NCBI GenBank assembly: GCA_023213395.1
Contig: CM041465.1
Coordinates: 220,665,741-220,729,740 of the forward strand
Reading direction: 5' to 3'
Length of the DNA stretch: 64,000 nt
Origin: Cycas panzhihuaensis
Taxonomy: Eukaryota > Plantae > Cycadophyta
The notes beneath the pieces are model-generated. The model saw only the letters and a list, made by a program, of their open reading frames with translations, made no database searches and was not told the origin of the DNA. The position numbers and the translations under genes were made by a program. Shown piece after piece: positions 58,140-64,000 of this stretch. Every line of letters begins with the position of its first letter. The stretch's first letter is position 1.

Positions 58140-59400
58140 AAAAACTAATCACGAAGGGCATCTCAAACCTTAAATAGGCGGGGTGGGAATTATCGCCTCC
58201 TTAAGGGAGATTGTATAGAAGCTTATTACTCACCAATAAAATTATCCAAGCCATAAAAGCTTCATATTTGGTAATGTTATCGAGGGCAATAACCACACAG
58301 ACTTGGATTATGACCAAAAAACTTCATATTTGGTAAAGATACAATGTTGATGCTCCATGGAAATCAAAGGAGTTGAATGACACCTAGAATCACACAATAC
58401 TAGAGATATGGTAATAGTTTCCCTTGTCAATTCTACAAGGACAAAATTTCACTAAAATAGATCTCTTGAAAATATATCACAAAGTTTTGGGGGTGAAAAA
58501 TACTAAAATCAAAGTAAGCCAACAAAACATCAAACACATTCTACAAGGTGGTGACCTAAAGCTTGGTAACAAATTGGAGACCTCTTGCTTTGTTGAATGT
58601 CACCAATATTGGCCAAGCCCCAAACATATTGCCCTTGAAATGGCAAGGGTGAAGCAAATTACTTTTATCAAGGGTTGATATATCCTAGATAATTTCATAA
58701 CGATATGGAAATACTTGAAGTAGGTTAGAGCTTTAGGTGGTGGGTTAGATCTTTCCAATAATCATGTTCATGAAAATTGATTTTTTAAAACTTCTGACAG
58801 GTAAAATGGCCCTTAACCCTCAAAATGCTATAATTGATTGGGTTTCGAGACAAATCTATCAAAATGATAAATTTGTGCATATTCCTTAGCATGCACTACT
58901 ACCAATGGAAGCATGGCATAGGGCTTTGGGTACCATGGGACAAAATAGTCCTCCATATTGTGCCATGTATAGGCTAATTGCCGATGCTATAGGCTATACT
59001 TCATGAAGCAAAATCCAACACTTTTTACCGACATGATAAGAAAAATATCCAATTGATTAATGACCATTTGCTAATAGCACATTTCTTACAAAGCAACTAA
59101 ATCAAAAGGTTACTAGCGACATCATGGGAGCAACTCAAACTTTCTATGATGCTTGAAACTCCAAGAACGATGAAAATAAATAGTGTGCCATCCTCAATGT
59201 TAAGATTGGGCACCTAACTAGGCACAATAAAATGGCTTAATCTAGATCAAATCTAAGGAAAAATTTTAAACCCCTAAGCATTTCCTTCTGCTTCATGTCT
59301 TCAATACTTGAGATATGAAATGATATAATTACCATATAAGAGAATATAAGAACACCAAAATAATGTCTCTAGCGAAATTATAGATATATCTAATTTGCAC
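58140..59400 (+). mobile_element. highly decayed LINE RT fragment
   Basis: QITFIKG*YILDN and a KIDF motif (~58770); nucleotide similarity to 55250-55480. Ends approximate. Confidence 0.6.
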
Positions 59401-61658
59401 AAAAAAGTTATTTGCCATGTAAACTCATTATTATTGCTGTGTTGGCTTGGGTTGGTTGCATGTTGCCATTAGCATTAAGATCAAGTTTAGTATGGGTTGG
59501 GTGCATGCTTCCATCATAGAGGGCATTCAAGAAGGTGAATGAAGGTCAAGATGTCAAGTTTGATATTTTATAGAGGTATGCAGTTTTGGAATTCCAACAC
59601 AAGCGCAAATCAAAGCAACAAAAAGCGAATAGGGAGAGATCATTCTAAAAGCAATTCTAAATAGGAAAGGCACCCTATCGACGACTCAACTCTTTTCTTA
59701 TGCATGTTCAATAAACAATGGCCAGAATGCCTCAGGCAATAAAAAATAATCCAACTAAATGGTGGATAAGGTGTGCACCCAGTCCAAGGCTAGATCTACT
59801 ATAGGGTCCCAACACTCCTTGACACACTGTGTTTGTTAGCTTGGGCATATGGTCATGTCACCATATTTGTTGTTGTCTCGAAAACAATAGTTTGTTATGA
59901 TGATGATGTTGGGCAGTGCATATGATAGCAAATTTTCATATTTCCTTGACTCACCCTCAAGGTGGTAGTGATCCCCACTTGACCACCCTTTTTTGTCCTC
60001 GTCATATGTAATCCTTGCTATTGATAAAATGATCATTTTAACCAACAAAAGAAACTAATAATAAATAGATCATTCAATTTCACATAACTTCTATCACATG
60101 CTCGGGCAATGAAGAATGCAACCATAAAAATGGAAACAAAACCTGCACAAAACACCATTGTTGGCATCAATTAGAAGCAACTATTTTTAGGAAAATTGCA
60201 CTGATGTCAATAGAATGCCCAAACCAAATCACTGATAAAAACTTTACAATAGCTTTGAAAGCTTAACTGCAATGACGGCCATCACCGACCACAACCATTA
60301 CCTTTAGTTAAAGATTTGACTTTGGACTTGGTTTGATGCATGTTCCAGGGATGATTTTATTGCATCCTTTGTCAACTACACGAAAGCTTTTATGATATAG
60401 CTTTGAAGATTTAAAGATCTATCTTGCATGGGCTTTCCCATGCCTCTCTCTGATCAATCCTAGGTTTGTCTCTTTTTCCCCACTGTCATGCCAAGTTCTT
60501 ATCCATCTCAAAGCTCTCTGTGAACATTTCACATGCACTGAATATTTACCAATAATATAAGATCTGCTATGATCATTCCTAACTGAACTCCTGGTGGGAA
60601 GTGGCATCCCAATTGTCTGTCATAAAGTACTAGCTTGACCGTCCATGAAAAGGGAAGACCACAGCTTGACTTCAATGAATTAATGAAAATTAACCTTCAA
60701 CTAAACTGCTGTGGTAACCAACCCTAACATTCTTTCACTTAGCCAAGGCATAATTGATCCCTCAAAGTCATTCAAATCTAGCTTTCTGCTAGACTAGAAA
60801 ATGGTTGGAGTGCTTCACTACATTTTATGACAAGACCCTTGTAATCATCCAAATGCTCTGTATAATCAAGTCACCTGTGAGCAATTTCCTCAGAACCTTT
60901 TAAAGTATATAACACTCTGCCGAACTTGCACTGCAAATCAACTAACTGTTAAGATAGTGTTGTGAACACCAAACCATCCCCTAGCAATCAAAACTACTCA
61001 TCAGACAAAGGCCTGTGTACCAATGCCTACTGGGATGCAACATGTTTAGTGCAGTGGTGTATTGAAGCAAACAAGTACCAGATACAACATAAAACAAGGA
61101 TTGTGGATGCATGCAGGGTTCACATACAACATGGAAAGAAAGAACTGAATTTAAGTGCGAGGTCCCTTCGGAGAATCACAGAACTATGAAATGCAGATTT
61201 CACCAAAATGAAGTCAATTTTAACAAAAGCAAAGACCTGCTCTCATAGGAAGAACGTTAGTGATTGAACATGCCAAGAGAAGCCAGCCCTTCCACAAGTG
61301 TGACTGATAGAATGGCTTCTAAAAAACTATACTTATGCTTTACTATTGTACATGTGAATCCAATTATTTCAAGGGCCCTGTATGCCTTCCAAAGATCAGT
61401 CTAACGAACATTTCAGCTCTACACCTTCCAGCCAATTCTCACATTTTGTGTATAAAAAGCCTGCTTCAAAAGAGCTGGATTTCAAGACTATGGTTATTGA
61501 ACATCAACTTTTGCATATGTTCTTGGCACTGGCAGCCAATTAGTTAGTATGTTTCTGTGATATGATGCCATTACACATCGATTTCATTCAATGGCCCTGC
61601 TAATGAGCCAAATACATAACAGTTGCATCCACAGACCAGCAGAGTGCAGGCACATACT

Positions 61659-61682
61659 CTAATCTTTGCTCCCTTGTAGTGC
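61659..61682 (-). CDS. PP1: PP1 putative last coding exon (ALQGSKD*)
   Basis: TTGTTCAG acceptor at 61683, in frame with the preceding exon, TAG at 61661-61659; 448-nt GT-AG intron. Confidence 0.6.
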   Translation of the reverse strand, partial: ALQGSKD

Positions 61683-62130
61683 CTGAACAAATAAAACATA
61701 TCAAATTAGTATGATTGCCTAGGTGAGATATAACACCAATAATTGATCATGCATGCTTGCTCAAAGCAGAAAAAGACCAAACATGGAGTGACACGACACT
61801 CCTACATATACCTACATATTCACTTGGCTCTAAAATACCAATCTGTAAGGGCAGCCAAATGCATCCAATTTTTAGCAGATACAGTTTCACAGTAACTTTG
61901 GAAAACATTTGCAAAGAGCTTAATAGTCTTTTACCTGATACATTGTCACAAATGTATTAAGATTTAATGTTTGGAATAATACCAGCCCAACTGACAAAGA
62001 AATCTCAACAAATACTTCGAAAAGTAAATCTGAATCCGAATGGAAGAAATGACTGTAGTTCATATATATATAGTTCCTTTTCATAGGAAGTCTAAACCAA
62101 ATAAAAGGGAAATATGAAGTAGCCATTCAC

Positions 62131-62346
62131 CTTTCGAGGAGGCGTCCCTGGTCTAGATACATTAGCGTTACCAAATCCAAGTTTTCCCTTTTTCTCAGCT
62201 GGCTTTAAAATCTGGAATGAGCACATCAATGTTTCGTCAACACTCATCAAAGCACCTGCATTGTCAAATTCTCCACAATAATTTGGAGCTGAAAATATAG
62301 TAACCAGCTGCCTTTTTGCAAAGAACTCGTACCCATCTTCAACCAC
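62131..62346 (-). CDS. PP1: serine/threonine protein phosphatase PP1 catalytic subunit, exon
   Basis: [31 protein letters not shown]...RPGTPPRK; TTCAG acceptor and AAG|GTGAAT donor; 72 codons. Confidence 0.96.
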
Positions 62347-62435
62347 CTGAAATTGAAGTTACAATTTCATCCATTCAGTATTCTGAAGTGAAGGGGGAAA
62401 AAAGCAAACACACTTAAAGATACTAGGCAACACAC

Positions 62436-62995
62436 CTGGTGAGCTCGGCAGATAAGATCCAGATCATGCTTCTGTAGAAATTCAGTGACCTTATCCGGTC
62501 CAAATGTGTACGATACACCTCTGTCATTCTCACCCCAACCTTCAATATCCTTATCTGGATCAGCCCAAAGAAGATCACACAAGAGACCCTGATCTGGCAC
62601 ATCGGTGGGCCGTGCAATATTTCTGATCTGATCCAAGTGATTCAAATCAGGAGAAAGGCCACCATGCATACAAAGAATCTTCTCGTCAATAAGTGCAGCA
62701 ACAGGCAAACAGTTGAAACAATCTGTGAAAATCTTCCACAGACGAACATTGAACCTTCGCTTACATTCATCATAGAAACCATATATTCTGTTGATGGAAG
62801 CACACTCGTGATTTCCCCTCAAGAGGAAAAAGTTTTCTGGGTATTTGATCTTGTAGGCAAGGAGAAGACATATTGTCTCCAAACTTTGCTTTCCACGATC
62901 CACGTAGTCACCCAGAAACAAATAATTTGCTGAAGGTGGAAAGCCACCATACTCAAATAGCCTCAAGAGGTCGGAGTACTGTCCATGGATGTCAC
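62436..62995 (-). CDS. PP1: serine/threonine protein phosphatase PP1 (TOPP) catalytic subunit, main exon; first exon outside window
   Basis: GDIHGQ, GDYVDRG and LRGNHE PPP-family motifs intact; AACAG|GT acceptor (phase 1), CAG|GTGTG donor, 89-nt intron to the next exon. Confidence 0.98.
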
Positions 62996-63109
62996 CTGTT
63001 GTCCAAGCAACTCAGAAACTTAGAGAACGTTCCATCATGAAAAACAAACATTGAAAGGAAAAAATAAAATTCAAAAAAGATATGGAACGACTACTAAATT
63101 TGCTTCCAC

Positions 63110-63660
63110 CCCGCAAACCTCCTTGCCATAGGTTACAACCAAAATTATCACTGCAGCTCCAAAAGATGTAAATTCCTATAAAAAACCAAATCCAGCCTAA
63201 AAAGCGACCAACAGAATTGGACTTTCATTCATTGGTATAATGCAATCAAACATTAACAAAATAAGCACCCCTAACAAGGATTGAAACCTATAAAACAACT
63301 TTCATACAGATCAATTAAAATAAAAGGTGGAAGAACCTCAATCAAGAACAGACCAAGGACACAACTTGAGTTTTAAAATACCCAAGTGACAACTACTGAA
63401 TTTGCTTTCCTCCTGACAACCTCTTTGCCACAGATTACAACCAAAATTATCACCGCAAAGTCCAAATGAAACAAATTCATATAAAAACCAAATCCAACCT
63501 AAAAAATTACCGACAGAAGGTGACTTCTGTTGCTTGTTATAATGGGAGCAAACGGTAGCAAAATAAGTAAGCCTACTAAAACAACTTTCATACAGATCAA
63601 TCAAAACAAAGCATGCAAGTACCTAAATCAAGAACAAACATACCAAGAGCACAAGTTTCA
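63110..63660. repeat. diverged ~300-bp tandem duplication in PP1 intron
   Basis: TTACAACCAAAATTATCAC, AAAAACCAAATCCA and AAAACAACTTTCATACAGATCAAT each occur twice about 280-300 bp apart. Confidence 0.85.
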
Positions 63661-64000
63661 GTTCAACATATTCTTCAACAAACAAAAGAGATTGTCTAGT
63701 AATAGAGTTTCTGATCTCTCACCTAGTAATACAAAATACAAAATGATTCAACAGCAATGATTCTTGCTACTCCCTGTTCAGTTCAAAAATAAATAACTCC
63801 AATTGTACAAACTGAAGCTTCCATTGCATATCCAAGAATATGTAGTTTTTTTAGTTTATATTCCAAAAATGAAAAACATTTTTGTATTTTGCCAATTATT
63901 TTCAAATAGCATATCTAAAGTTTAAAAATTTAAAGTACACGGAAAAGTTAGCAGCATTGTTACCATGAAATGCATATCGCACCGTTCTCCAAGAGCAAAA

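Noticed and set aside
61659-62995. Functional link between TE-borne PMD genes and the neighbouring PPP phosphatase, by analogy with MAIN/MAIL1-PP7L
   Set aside because: The gene is an ordinary PP1, not PP7-like, and lies more than 40 kb away across unrelated TEs. Proximity is probably chance.

Overview
Eukaryotic, land-plant-type DNA that is almost entirely decayed retrotransposon. The only host gene is the 3' part of a protein phosphatase 1 (PP1/TOPP) gene on the minus strand at the right end. The left 33.5 kb is two diverged copies of one Ty3/gypsy Tat-type family lying tail to tail: copy 1 on + (1..~13.3 kb) and copy 2 on - (~13.3..33.5 kb). Both copies share the layout gag-PR-RT-RH-INT, then an antisense intron-containing Plant Mobile Domain (PMD) plus coiled-coil gene with its own conserved TATA/Inr, then a stand-alone archaeal-type RNase H ORF, PPT and a ~3 kb LTR. 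Copy 2 also carries a 257-bp solo LTR with a 5-bp TSD and a ~7.06 kb (TA)n-based microsatellite at a site where copy 1 has only a ~15-nt seed. Further right are a gag-protease fragment with four zinc knuckles, two Ty1/copia relics, chromovirus and LINE fragments, and small repeats. All alignments were made by eye. LTR distal ends, lineage names and the host taxon are inferences; the TE content would fit a non-flowering vascular plant, but this cannot be shown from the window.
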